From the NCBI RefSeq assembly GCF_000195975.1, contig NC_005070.1:990001-1022000 (forward strand): a DNA stretch of 32,000 nt, written 5' to 3'. Positions 19,631 to 27,874 of the stretch are shown in pieces. The number at the start of each line of letters is the position of its first letter. Within the stretch, counting starts at the first letter, position 1. The notes below the pieces were generated by a model. The model worked only from the letters and a program-made list of their open reading frames with translations, was not told where the DNA came from and did not search any database. A program made the position numbers and the translations under genes. Origin of the DNA: Parasynechococcus marenigrum WH 8102. Its GTDB lineage: Bacteria > Cyanobacteriota > Cyanobacteriia > PCC-6307 > Cyanobiaceae.

Positions 19631-20602
19631 ATGATCACCGTCACCGAGCTGCTGCAACCGGTCGAAACCGATCTCGAAACTCTGCTCGGAGATCTGCGCA
19701 GCCTGATCGGTGCCGGACATCCAATCCTCCAGGCCGCTGCCGAGCATCTGTTCAGCGCTGGTGGCAAACGGCTTCGTCCCGGCATTGTTCTACTGCTGTC
19801 CCGCGCACTGTCCGCTGATGGCCAGCTGACTCCACGGCATCGACGCCTGGCCGAGATCACCGAGATGATCCATACGGCTTCGCTCGTGCACGATGACGTG
19901 GTCGATGAGGCGTCCACCCGTCGTGGTGTGGACACCGTTCACAGCCGCTTTGATGCGCGTGTTGCCGTTCTGGCTGGTGATTTTCTCTTTGCGCAGGCCA
20001 GCTGGCATCTCGCCAACCTCGATGACCTTGAGGTGGTGAAGCTGCTCAGCCGCGTGATCATGGATCTTGCGGATGGTGAGGTGAAGCAGGGTCTCTTCCG
20101 CTTCGACACCGCGCAGAGCTTCGAGACTTACCTCGAAAAGAGCTACTGCAAAACCGCATCGTTGATCGCCAACAGCGCCAGGGCCGCAGGGGTTCTCAGT
20201 GATTGCTCCCCATCTGAGCTGGATGGGTTGTATCGCTTCGGCCGTCAGTTGGGCCTGGCGTTCCAGGTGGTGGACGACATCCTTGATTTCACCGGCAGTG
20301 ATCAGCAGCTCGGCAAGCCCGCTGCCAGCGACCTGGCCAGCGGCTATCTGACGGCCCCCACCTTCTATGCCATGGAGGAGCAGCCCGGCCTGCAGGCCTT
20401 GATTGCCCGTGAGTTTGCAGAGCCCGGGGATCTTGACCAGGCCCTTGAGATGGTGCGCTCCTCCCGCGCCATTCCTCGTACTCGGGAACTGGCGGAAACC
20501 TTCGCTCGGGAATCCCGCGACGCCATCTCCTGGATGAGCGACTCCCCCTGCAAGCGGGCGCTGCTTGAGCTTCCTGATTTTGTGCTCAGCCGTCTGTACT
20601 GA
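19631..20602 (+). CDS. sds: All-trans polyprenyl (solanesyl) diphosphate synthase
   Basis: The two Asp-rich motifs are LVHDDVVDE and QVVDDILDF. The start is taken as ATG 19631 (MITVTELLQPVE). The track start at 19388 overlaps murI. Confidence 0.88.
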   Translation: MITVTELLQPVETDLETLLGDLRSLIGAGHPILQAAAEHLFSAGGKRLRPGIVLLLSRALSADGQLTPRHRRLAEITEMIHTASLVHDDVVDEASTRRGVDTVHSRFDARVAVLAGDFLFAQASWHLANLDDLEVVKLLSRVIMDLADGEVKQGLFRFDTAQSFETYLEKSYCKTASLIANSARAAGVLSDCSPSELDGLYRFGRQLGLAFQVVDDILDFTGSDQQLGKPAASDLASGYLTAPTFYAMEEQPGLQALIAREFAEPGDLDQALEMVRSSRAIPRTRELAETFARESRDAISWMSDSPCKRALLELPDFVLSRLY

Positions 20603-21245
20603 CCAACTGTTCCAGAACGACACCAAGACTGTTGATGTGCCTTGGATTCATTTCCATTGTTTGGGTGGGTCCGTGTTCATTCAGCACCCAGACGTGGCAA
20701 CCGGCTGTCACCGCAGCCGCTGTTCCGGCTTGAGAATCCTCCAGGGCCCAACAGGTCTTGGGATCCAAGCCAAGCCGTGACGCGGCCAGAAGAAATGGTG
20801 CAGGGTCTGGCTTGCCGGCTTTGAGGTCTGGATCATCTCCGTGGACCCTGAGTTGGATCCGCTTCAGCCAGGGATGGGGTGCGGCTTTAAAGCTCACGGC
20901 TTCAAGGCTGCTGCTGGTGACCAAGGCCATCGGAATTCCTCGGTGATCGCAGTGCTCCAAGAGCTCTTGAGCGAAGGGCATGGCCTTGGCGTTGGGAAGC
21001 AGCGCCCGCACGATCGGCTGCTGAACTGCCAGCAAGTCGTCTGATTCCACAGGACGCGGCAGCCAGCTGCTCACCAGGGCGGCGCAGTCGAGACGACGAC
21101 GCCCCTTGAGTTGCAGCAACTGGTCGTTGCTGAGCTGCGCTCCGAAGTGGCTGGCGGCTTCGGACCAGCCGCGGCTGTGCAAGGGCTCCGTATCGAGCAG
21201 CACTCCATCCAGATCGAACAGGCAGGCTGCGGGAAGAGCTGGCAC
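20586..21245 (-). CDS. HAD-superfamily hydrolase, subfamily IA
   Basis: Motif [14 protein letters not shown], plus the VTSS, KAGKPDP and LEDSQAG motifs. The 3' end overlaps the sds 3' end by 17 nt (convergent). Confidence 0.85.
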   Translation of the reverse strand: MPALPAACLFDLDGVLLDTEPLHSRGWSEAASHFGAQLSNDQLLQLKGRRRLDCAALVSSWLPRPVESDDLLAVQQPIVRALLPNAKAMPFAQELLEHCDHRGIPMALVTSSSLEAVSFKAAPHPWLKRIQLRVHGDDPDLKAGKPDPAPFLLAASRLGLDPKTCWALEDSQAGTAAAVTAGCHVWVLNEHGPTQTMEMNPRHINSLGVVLEQLVSTDG

Positions 21246-21379
21246 GCCATCCGGGAGCTCGGCAGGTTCCAGTCAAACGCGCCGTGGTTTCACCCTCTGT
21301 CCGACGGATTGATACGGGTCGTGGAACGGTCGATCGACTCCTCCGTACCCTTGCAACAACAGTCTTTGGCCCGCCTGCT

Positions 21380-23353
21380 GTGACCGAGTCCAATACGTCG
21401 ATCGAAAGTGTCCTGCAGGAGCAGCGGGTATTTCAGCCGCCGGCGGAGATGGCGGCTGCAGCACGCATCGGCAGTCTGGAGAGTTACCGCGCCATGGCGG
21501 CGGCGGCGACCAAGGATCCCGATGGGTTCTGGGGGGAGGCAGCCCGTCGTGAGCTGCATTGGTTCGAGCCGTTCCACACGGTTCTCGATTGGTCGGAACC
21601 TCCTTTCGCCCGCTGGTTTGAAGGGGGCACCACCAACCTGTCGTACAACTGTCTCGACCGACATCTCGAGGGGGCCAAGGCCGAGAAGACCGCGCTGATC
21701 TGGGAAGGGGAGCCCGGAGACGTGCGCCGTTTCAGCTACCGCGAGCTCCATGCCGAGGTGTGCAAAGCCGCCAACGCTCTGAAGGCCATGGGCATTGGCA
21801 AAGGCGATCTGGTCGCCCTCTACATGCCGATGATTCCAGAGGCCGCCATTGCGATGCTCGCCTGCGCTCGCATCGGTGCCCCCCATTCCGTTGTGTTCGG
21901 TGGTTTCTCTGCCGAGGCCTTGCGCGATCGCCTCAAGGACGGTGAGGCGAAGGCCGTGATCACAGCGGATGGGGGATTCAGAAAGGACAAGCCCGTTTCC
22001 CTCAAACCTGCTGTTGATGCAGCTCTAGCGGAGGGCGCCTGTCCTTCGGTGACCGGCGTGCTCGTGGTGCAGCGCACCAAGCAGCCCGTGGAGATGGTTG
22101 CCGGCCGCGATCAGTGGTGGCACGACCTCGTGGATGCCCAGGGCAGCGATTGCCCTGCGGAGCCGATGGCCAGTGAAGATCGACTGTTCGTGCTCTACAC
22201 CTCAGGTTCCACCGGCAAACCCAAGGGTGTAGTGCACACCACTGCCGGTTACAACCTCTGGGCCCATCTCACCTTCCAGTGGATTTTCGACATCCGCGAT
22301 AACGACGTCTACTGGTGCACAGCGGATGTTGGCTGGATCACTGGCCACAGCTACATCGTGTACGGCCCGCTGTCCAACGGTGCGACCACCGTGATGTACG
22401 AGGGGGCGCCGCGCCCCTCCAAACCCGGTGCGTTCTGGGAGTTGATCCAGAAGCACGGCATCACGATCTTTTACACCGCGCCGACTGCGATTCGAGCCTT
22501 CATGAAGAGTGGCCGCCAGGTGCCGGATCAATTCGACATGAGCAGCCTTCGCCTGCTGGGCACCGTTGGTGAACCGATCAATCCGGAGGCCTGGATGTGG
22601 TACCGCGACGTGATTGGCGGCAACCGCTGTCCGATTGTCGACACTTGGTGGCAGACCGAAACCGGTGGCGTGATGATCAGTCCGCTGCCTGGAGCCACTC
22701 CCACCAAACCGGGATCCGCCACGCTGCCGCTGCCGGGCATTCAGGCCGACATCGTTGATGGAGAAGGCAACAGCTGCGGGCCCGATGAAGGTGGATACCT
22801 GGCTGTCCGAGCCCCCTGGCCTGGAATGATGCGCACGGTCCATGGCAACCCCCAGCGCTTTCGTGAGAGCTATTGGGAGCACATCCGTCCTGCCGATGGC
22901 TCGTACCTCTATTTCGCTGGGGATGGCGCCCGCCGTGATGCCGATGGATATTTCTGGGTGATGGGCCGGGTGGATGACGTGATCAACGTCTCCGGTCACC
23001 GCCTCGGCACGATGGAAATTGAGTCGGCTCTGGTGAGCCATCCCGCGGTGGCGGAAGCTGCTGTGGTGGGTCGTCCCGATGACCTCAAAGGTGAAGGCAT
23101 CGTTGCGTTCGTCACCCTTGAGTCGGGGCGTGAGTCGTCGGATGATCTGATCAAGCAACTCAGGGCCCATGTGGGCACGGAGATAGGACCGATCGCTCGG
23201 CCGGATGAGATTCGTTGCAGTGATGCACTGCCCAAGACCCGCAGCGGCAAGATCATGCGCCGGATCCTGAGGGCCCTGGCCGCCGGTCAGGAGGTCAGCG
23301 GCGACACCAGCACCCTGGAGGATCGTTCGGTCCTCGATCGGCTGCGGGCTTGA
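21380..23353 (+). CDS. acs: Acetyl-CoA synthetase
   Basis: [51 protein letters not shown] and [11 protein letters not shown]. The start is taken as GTG 21380 ([20 protein letters not shown]), which gives the usual N-terminus. The track start at 21284 adds an atypical leader. Confidence 0.9.
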   Translation: MTESNTSIESVLQEQRVFQPPAEMAAAARIGSLESYRAMAAAATKDPDGFWGEAARRELHWFEPFHTVLDWSEPPFARWFEGGTTNLSYNCLDRHLEGAKAEKTALIWEGEPGDVRRFSYRELHAEVCKAANALKAMGIGKGDLVALYMPMIPEAAIAMLACARIGAPHSVVFGGFSAEALRDRLKDGEAKAVITADGGFRKDKPVSLKPAVDAALAEGACPSVTGVLVVQRTKQPVEMVAGRDQWWHDLVDAQGSDCPAEPMASEDRLFVLYTSGSTGKPKGVVHTTAGYNLWAHLTFQWIFDIRDNDVYWCTADVGWITGHSYIVYGPLSNGATTVMYEGAPRPSKPGAFWELIQKHGITIFYTAPTAIRAFMKSGRQVPDQFDMSSLRLLGTVGEPINPEAWMWYRDVIGGNRCPIVDTWWQTETGGVMISPLPGATPTKPGSATLPLPGIQADIVDGEGNSCGPDEGGYLAVRAPWPGMMRTVHGNPQRFRESYWEHIRPADGSYLYFAGDGARRDADGYFWVMGRVDDVINVSGHRLGTMEIESALVSHPAVAEAAVVGRPDDLKGEGIVAFVTLESGRESSDDLIKQLRAHVGTEIGPIARPDEIRCSDALPKTRSGKIMRRILRALAAGQEVSGDTSTLEDRSVLDRLRA

Positions 23354-23354
23354 G

Positions 23355-24077
23355 TCAGCTGGCCCAGCTGCTAATCATCTCGGTCAACTGACGGATGACA
23401 CCGACACGTTTCGGGTCATCCGCCCAGTCACCCAGAACGCTGCGTCTCAGCCCCGCACTGGCTGGGGTGAGGTGGTCGCCGGGCAGCTGCAACACCTCGG
23501 TGCGGTTCTGCGGTCGTTGCTCAAGGGCTTGAAGCAAGGCATCGCTCTGATCCAGTTGATCGCGGCCGAACCGCACCAGCAAGTTGCGTTCCTGCTGGTA
23601 ATGCCGGCTGATAAGCCGAAGAGTCTCCCCAGGTGAGGGATTGAACTCCGTTTCAACCCCCAGCCGTGGGGCGATCTCCCCGAGCAGGGGGATCGAACGA
23701 TCCGCCTGGAAATTGTTGAAACTCAAAGCCACCAAACCTCGGCTGTTCCTCCCCCCGTCCGGAGCCAGCAGCTGCAATTTGCAACCTAGGCTGTGACCGA
23801 GCCGCAGTGGCAGCGGCAACGGGCCGTAACGCTCTTCGAGCTGTTTGCGTGCGCTCCGGAACTCGGTCCAGGCCTCCCGGGCCTGGCTTTGATGATCAAA
23901 CCCGGGCACATAGGCCCAGGCGTTGACCACCAGGCCGTTGTTGCTGAGATCTTCGAGCAGGCGCCGGTAACTCACCTGGGGCGTGGCAGCCAGATAGCTC
24001 CCACCGATGAAATCCACTTGGCCGAGGGGCCGTGATGGTCTCAGTTGCCAGATCTTGCCCTGTTGACGCCAGTCCAT
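23355..24077 (-). CDS. DUF1350-like conserved cyanobacteria/plant protein (alpha/beta-hydrolase-like)
   Basis: VDFIGGSYLAATPQVSYRRLLEDLSNNGLVVNAWAYVPGFDHQSQA and LGHSLGCKL resemble DUF1350 as I recall it. Its stop is 1 nt from the acs stop. Confidence 0.7.
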   Translation of the reverse strand: MDWRQQGKIWQLRPSRPLGQVDFIGGSYLAATPQVSYRRLLEDLSNNGLVVNAWAYVPGFDHQSQAREAWTEFRSARKQLEERYGPLPLPLRLGHSLGCKLQLLAPDGGRNSRGLVALSFNNFQADRSIPLLGEIAPRLGVETEFNPSPGETLRLISRHYQQERNLLVRFGRDQLDQSDALLQALEQRPQNRTEVLQLPGDHLTPASAGLRRSVLGDWADDPKRVGVIRQLTEMISSWAS

Positions 24078-24083
24078 CTCTGA

Positions 24084-24539
24084 TCAGCCCTGGAGGGAGG
24101 AGATCACCCGTTCGGCTTCTCGCACGTGGGCAGGACCATCCAGCAGGTTGCTGAAGACGTGCCGGATGACCCCCTCACCATCCACCACATAGGTCACCCG
24201 ACCGGGCACCAGCCCGAGGGCCTTGGGAACCCCAAGGCTGCGGCGAAGACTGTTGTTCCGATCGACCAGCAGGGGGAAGTTCAGGCCATGGCGTGTGGCG
24301 AAGCGGCGGTGGCTGATGGCGTCATCACCACTGATGCCCCAGACCTCGGCTCCGAGTTCCTGGAAGGCGGCGCTGCTGTCGCGAAAGCCGCATGCCTCTG
24401 CCGTGCAACCCGGCGTGTCGTCCTTGGGGTAAAAGAACAGAACCAGCCAACGGCCACGTGCCGTCTCGGGAGTTCGCTGCACTCCATCCTGATCGTCAAG
24501 ACAGAAGCTGGGCAGGGAGTCGCCGACGCCGATGGCCAT
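24084..24539 (-). CDS. bcp: Thioredoxin-dependent peroxiredoxin (Bcp/PrxQ)
   Basis: The peroxidatic Cys lies in LVLFFYPKDDTPGCTAEACGFRD. 151 aa. Confidence 0.92.
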   Translation of the reverse strand: MAIGVGDSLPSFCLDDQDGVQRTPETARGRWLVLFFYPKDDTPGCTAEACGFRDSSAAFQELGAEVWGISGDDAISHRRFATRHGLNFPLLVDRNNSLRRSLGVPKALGLVPGRVTYVVDGEGVIRHVFSNLLDGPAHVREAERVISSLQG

Positions 24540-24623
24540 CTACTCAGTGATGCAGTTCAGACCATAAGCAGAGCGGCACTTGCACCGAGCGAGACAATCG
24601 GCTTGGGCATCGGGAGCGTGCAA

Positions 24624-25394
24624 ATGGCTGATCAGTTGACGTTGTTAGAAGCGGTGCCGGAGCACCGTTCTGAGCCGACGGCTTCGGCAGGTCCTGCCAC
24701 GCTTCTGATCATTGACACCGAGACCACAGGGCTGGATCCGGAGAAGGATCGCTGCCTCGAAGTTGGCGCCATTTTGTTTGATGTGTCGACACGATCCGTG
24801 TTGGCACAGCAGTCCTTTCTGTTGCCGGTGGAGACCAATGCGGCGGAACCGATCAACCGGATCCCCGCGTCGGTCACACGGTTGCCCCAGCCCTGGACTG
24901 GTGCACTGCGCTGGTTTGATGAACTCCTCACCGCCTCGGACGTGCTGGTGGCCCATAACGCCGTCTTCGATCGTCAGTGGTTTGGTCGGGATCCCTTGCC
25001 TGCCGTCAGCCATCCATGGCTTTGTTCGATGGAGGATCTGCGCTGGCCTGCTGAGCGGCAGTTGCGGTCCCGTCCCTCCGTGCGGGACCTGGCTCTCGCC
25101 TACGGCGTTCCGGTCTGGTCAGCCCATCGGGCGTTGACCGATTGCAACTACCTCGCGGAGGTGTTCGCCCGTTGCGACGACCTGGAGACGATGCTGCTGC
25201 ACGGCCTTGAGCCCCGTCAGTTGATGCGAGCAAGGGTGTCGTACGACAACCGCCATCTCGCCCGGGAGGCAGGATTCCGATGGAACGACCCTGTGAAAGG
25301 GGCCTGGACGCGCCGCCTGAGCCAACGGGAGGTCAAGAGCCTCGATTTTCCTGTTGAGGTCGTTGAACCTGGTCCGGAACGCCGCGCTGCCTGA
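24624..25394 (+). CDS. DEDDh 3'-5' exonuclease (DnaQ-like) with a C-terminal extension
   Basis: Exo I LLIIDTETTGLD, Exo II LVAHNAVFDRQWF and Exo III SAHRALTDCNYLAEVF. Only the part of the 24126..25394 track ORF downstream of ATG 24624 is credible; the upstream part is antisense to bcp. The tail ARVSYDNRHLAREAGFRWNDPVKGAWTRRL resembles the small DUF5710-type module (from memory). Confidence 0.8.
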   Translation: MADQLTLLEAVPEHRSEPTASAGPATLLIIDTETTGLDPEKDRCLEVGAILFDVSTRSVLAQQSFLLPVETNAAEPINRIPASVTRLPQPWTGALRWFDELLTASDVLVAHNAVFDRQWFGRDPLPAVSHPWLCSMEDLRWPAERQLRSRPSVRDLALAYGVPVWSAHRALTDCNYLAEVFARCDDLETMLLHGLEPRQLMRARVSYDNRHLAREAGFRWNDPVKGAWTRRLSQREVKSLDFPVEVVEPGPERRAA

Positions 25395-25490
25395 GCCGGG
25401 ACCTTTGGAACAGATGCTCTTTTGCTTCAGCACTCCGAAGCGACTGGGGTGGTTTGGCTTGTTTGGCTGTCTTCGCAGCAGGGTGAACTC

Positions 25491-25739
25491 ATGGCTGTTT
25501 TCATCCATCGTCGTCGTCATCCCATCCAGAACCGCTTGCGGCAGTGGCAGCAGGTGCGCACCTGGGCCCGGCTGATCCGGGAGGCCGAAGCGCTCTGGCA
25601 TGTTGATGTTCGTGCATTACGGCGTGTGGGTGCTGAGGAACTCTCACAATTGCTTGAAGAAGTTCCTCCGGCTCAACGGCAACGCATCAATCGTTGGTTG
25701 GATGGTTATTGCGTGGCTACACGATTGCGTCGGGAATAA
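25491..25739 (+). CDS. Small basic hypothetical protein (82 aa)
   Basis: ATG 25491 (MAVFIHRRRHPIQNRL...). The protein is rich in Arg, Trp and Gln and predicted helical. Its 3' half uses visibly more A/T-ending codons than neighbouring genes. No family recognised, and it could be non-coding. Confidence 0.35.
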   Translation: MAVFIHRRRHPIQNRLRQWQQVRTWARLIREAEALWHVDVRALRRVGAEELSQLLEEVPPAQRQRINRWLDGYCVATRLRRE

Positions 25740-25810
25740 AGCGACTTGAATAAAATCAAGTGCCTTGATTCGTCAATGATATGAACGAGAACCAGCACGA
25801 GCCCTGAAGA

Positions 25811-25839
25811 TTCGACCTTCCTTAACCTTGCCCTAACGA
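25811..25839 (+). promoter_or_regulatory. Pho box (PhoB-binding direct repeats) upstream of pstS
   Basis: Three direct 8-mers phased one helical turn apart: TTCGACCT (25811), CTTAACCT (25821) and CCTAACGA (25832). The central one matches the cyanobacterial consensus PyTTAAPyPy(T/A) exactly. They lie 56-85 nt upstream of the pstS ATG. Confidence 0.55.
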
Positions 25840-25894
25840 CGGATTCGTTTTCAGTTGGCTACTCCTAGGGCGCCAACTTCCCATTAGGCCTCCC

Positions 25895-26869
25895 ATGAGC
25901 TTCGCTAAGAAGGCTCTTCTCGTCTCTTCCGTGCTTGCCCTTGGGGCTGGCATGTCCGCCTCCGCCGCAGAAAAGCTGAACGGTGCTGGCGCGTCTTTCC
26001 CCGCCAAGATCTACCAGCGTTGGTTCGCTGACCTGGCCAAGTCCGGTGGCCCTCAGGTCAACTACCAGGCTGTCGGTTCCGGCTCCGGCCGTAAGGCTTT
26101 CATCGACCAGACCGTGAACTTCGGTGCATCGGATGATCCGATGAAGAAGAAGGACATGGCCAAGGTCAAGCGCGGTGTTGTCCAGATCCCCATGGTCGGC
26201 GGCACCATCGCCTTCGGCTACAACAAGCCCGGTTGTGATCTGAAGCTCACCCAGGAGCAGGCTGTTCGCGTTGCCATGGGCAAGATCCGCAACTGGCAAG
26301 ACCTCGGTTGCCAGCCCGGCACCATCACCTGGGTGCACCGTTCCGACGGCTCCGGCACCACCAAGGCCTTCACCAACTCCATGCAGGCCTTCTCCAGCAC
26401 CTGGACCCTGGGAACCGGTAAGTCCGTCAAGTGGCCCGCCGGTGTTGGCGCCAAGGGCAACTCCGGTGTTGCCGGTGTGATCCAGAACCGTATGGGTGCC
26501 ATCGGTTACGTCAACCAGTCCTACATCAAGGGCAAAGTCGTTGCTGCTGCTCTGCAGAACAAGTCCGGTGAGTTCCTGAAGCCCTCCGTGGCTGCTGGTG
26601 CACGCGCCCTGAACGGCATTCAGCTGGACAAGGACCTGGCTGGCAAGAACCCCAACCCCACCGCTAAGGGTGCTTATCCCATCGCAACCCTGACCTGGGT
26701 TCTGGCGTACAAGACCGGCAACGGCAAGGACGCCAAGGTTGTTCAGGAAGCCTTCAACTACATGCTGAGCGACGCTGCTCAGGACAAGGCTCCTTCCCTG
26801 GGCTTCGTGCCTCTGAAGGGCGACATCCTGGCCAAGGCCAAGGCTGCTGTGAACAAGATCGGCGAGTGA
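25895..26869 (+). CDS. pstS: Phosphate ABC transporter substrate-binding protein
   Basis: Signal peptide MSFAKKALLVSSVLALGAGMSASAAE, then NGAGASFPAKIY, YQAVGSGSGRKAF and FGASDDPM. Codon usage looks strongly biased toward highly-expressed-gene codons. Confidence 0.95.
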   Translation: MSFAKKALLVSSVLALGAGMSASAAEKLNGAGASFPAKIYQRWFADLAKSGGPQVNYQAVGSGSGRKAFIDQTVNFGASDDPMKKKDMAKVKRGVVQIPMVGGTIAFGYNKPGCDLKLTQEQAVRVAMGKIRNWQDLGCQPGTITWVHRSDGSGTTKAFTNSMQAFSSTWTLGTGKSVKWPAGVGAKGNSGVAGVIQNRMGAIGYVNQSYIKGKVVAAALQNKSGEFLKPSVAAGARALNGIQLDKDLAGKNPNPTAKGAYPIATLTWVLAYKTGNGKDAKVVQEAFNYMLSDAAQDKAPSLGFVPLKGDILAKAKAAVNKIGE

Positions 26870-26881
26870 TGACTAGCTGAG

Positions 26882-26941
26882 CCGTCGGTTGATCTGACGG
26901 TTTTGAGCAGTTCCAAGGGGGGCCTACGGGCCCCTTTTTTT
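26882..26941 (+). terminator. Tandem intrinsic terminators after pstS
   Basis: Hairpin 1 is CCGTC-N9-GACGG followed by TTTT (26882-26904). Hairpin 2 is GGGGCC-UACG-GGCCCC (26919-26934), flanked by AA upstream and a run of 7 T. Confidence 0.85.
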
Positions 26942-26955
26942 GTTCTTTTCTCACC

Positions 26956-26985
26956 CTTGGACAAAAGTTAGACGGGTCTTAACCG
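26956..26985 (+). promoter_or_regulatory. Pho-box-like direct repeats upstream of ptrA
   Basis: CTTGGACA (26956), GTTAGACG (26967) and CTTAACCG (26978) are spaced exactly 11 bp apart with 3-nt linkers aaa and ggt. They lie about 75-100 nt upstream of ATG 27059. Each repeat matches the consensus less well than the pstS box. Confidence 0.4.
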
Positions 26986-27058
26986 AATCACATCCAGCCC
27001 TTTGCCTGGGATGCATGTTGCGCTCCATACAGTTCGGATGTATCCGCGGAACACCTCA

Positions 27059-27694
27059 ATGGTTGCAATTCCCTCCCGTGAGCTCTCCCCAAGACGTGAC
27101 GGTTTCAGGGAATTGTTGGAAACCAATTACCAGAAACGCGATCTTGTTCATCTGACGGCGGGCAGTGTTGTCCCGTTGCTCAAGAACAGCATCTGGCTTG
27201 TTGTGCGCGGCATGGTCAAGCTTGGTGCCGTGTCTGTGCATGGCGATGAGCTGCTGCTTGGGCTCGCCGGTCCGAACGAGCCTTTCGGTGAACCCCTGAG
27301 CACGGTGGAGGCCTATGAAGCGGTTGCTCTGAGTGACTGCGACCTTCTCTGCTTGAGCGCTAACGAAGTGGAGCAGGCACCCCAGCTTGCGCTGGCGATG
27401 ATGGATGCCATTGGTGCTCGTTACCGGCAGGCGGAGTACATGCTGGCTCTGCTCGGTCTGCGCCGCGTTGAGGAGCGGGTGAGAGGTTTTCTGGAAATGT
27501 TGGCCCAGGACTATGGCCAGCCCTGTGATGACGGCTTGCGACTCAATCTGCGATTGACCCATCAGGAGATGGCCAGTGCTCTGAGCACCACCCGCGTCAC
27601 AGTGACCCGGGTGATCGGTCTGCTGCGTGATGAGGGCTGGTTGAAGATCGATGCCCAGAGGCACCTGGTGATCGCCCACCTGCCACGTCGCTGA
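27059..27694 (+). CDS. ptrA: CRP/FNR-family transcriptional regulator, NtcA paralogue of the PtrA type (phosphate-stress regulator described in Synechococcus WH 8102)
   Basis: cNMP-binding-like beta-barrel region plus the C-terminal HTH THQEMASALSTTRVTVTRVIGLLRDEGWL. It is adjacent to pstS, as recalled for ptrA in WH 8102. The start is taken as ATG 27059; 27002 and 27038 are alternatives. Confidence 0.8.
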   Translation: MVAIPSRELSPRRDGFRELLETNYQKRDLVHLTAGSVVPLLKNSIWLVVRGMVKLGAVSVHGDELLLGLAGPNEPFGEPLSTVEAYEAVALSDCDLLCLSANEVEQAPQLALAMMDAIGARYRQAEYMLALLGLRRVEERVRGFLEMLAQDYGQPCDDGLRLNLRLTHQEMASALSTTRVTVTRVIGLLRDEGWLKIDAQRHLVIAHLPRR

Positions 27695-27715
27695 TTCCTG
27701 AGGACTCAGGGCATT

Positions 27716-27744
27716 AAAAAGCCGGCACGGAAGTGCCGGCTTGT
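27716..27744. terminator. Bidirectional hairpin terminator between ptrA and tRNA-Pro
   Basis: AAAAA-GCCGGCAC-GGAA-GTGCCGGC-TTGT. On the minus strand the 8-bp GC stem is followed by TTTTT (strong). On the plus strand it is followed only by TTGT (weak). Confidence 0.7.
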
Positions 27745-27786
27745 GACCTGTCGCAGTGCGACGCGGTCGGGGTTTGGACGGTTGGA

Positions 27787-27863
<77 letters not shown>

Positions 27864-27874
27864 GATGCAAGTTA

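Noticed and set aside
21246-21379. Possible NtcA site (GTA-N8-TAC) in the HAD/acs divergent region and upstream of ptrA
   Set aside because: By eye I found no GTA-N8-TAC match. The nearest, GTATCCGCGGAACA upstream of ptrA, lacks the TAC half-site. I did not pursue it without a PWM scan.
24126-24623. N-terminal 166 codons of the 422-aa track ORF 24126..25394
   Set aside because: This part is antisense to the bcp peroxiredoxin gene and has no exonuclease homology. The Exo I motif begins shortly after ATG 24624, which follows the bcp start region. Only 24624-25394 is called.
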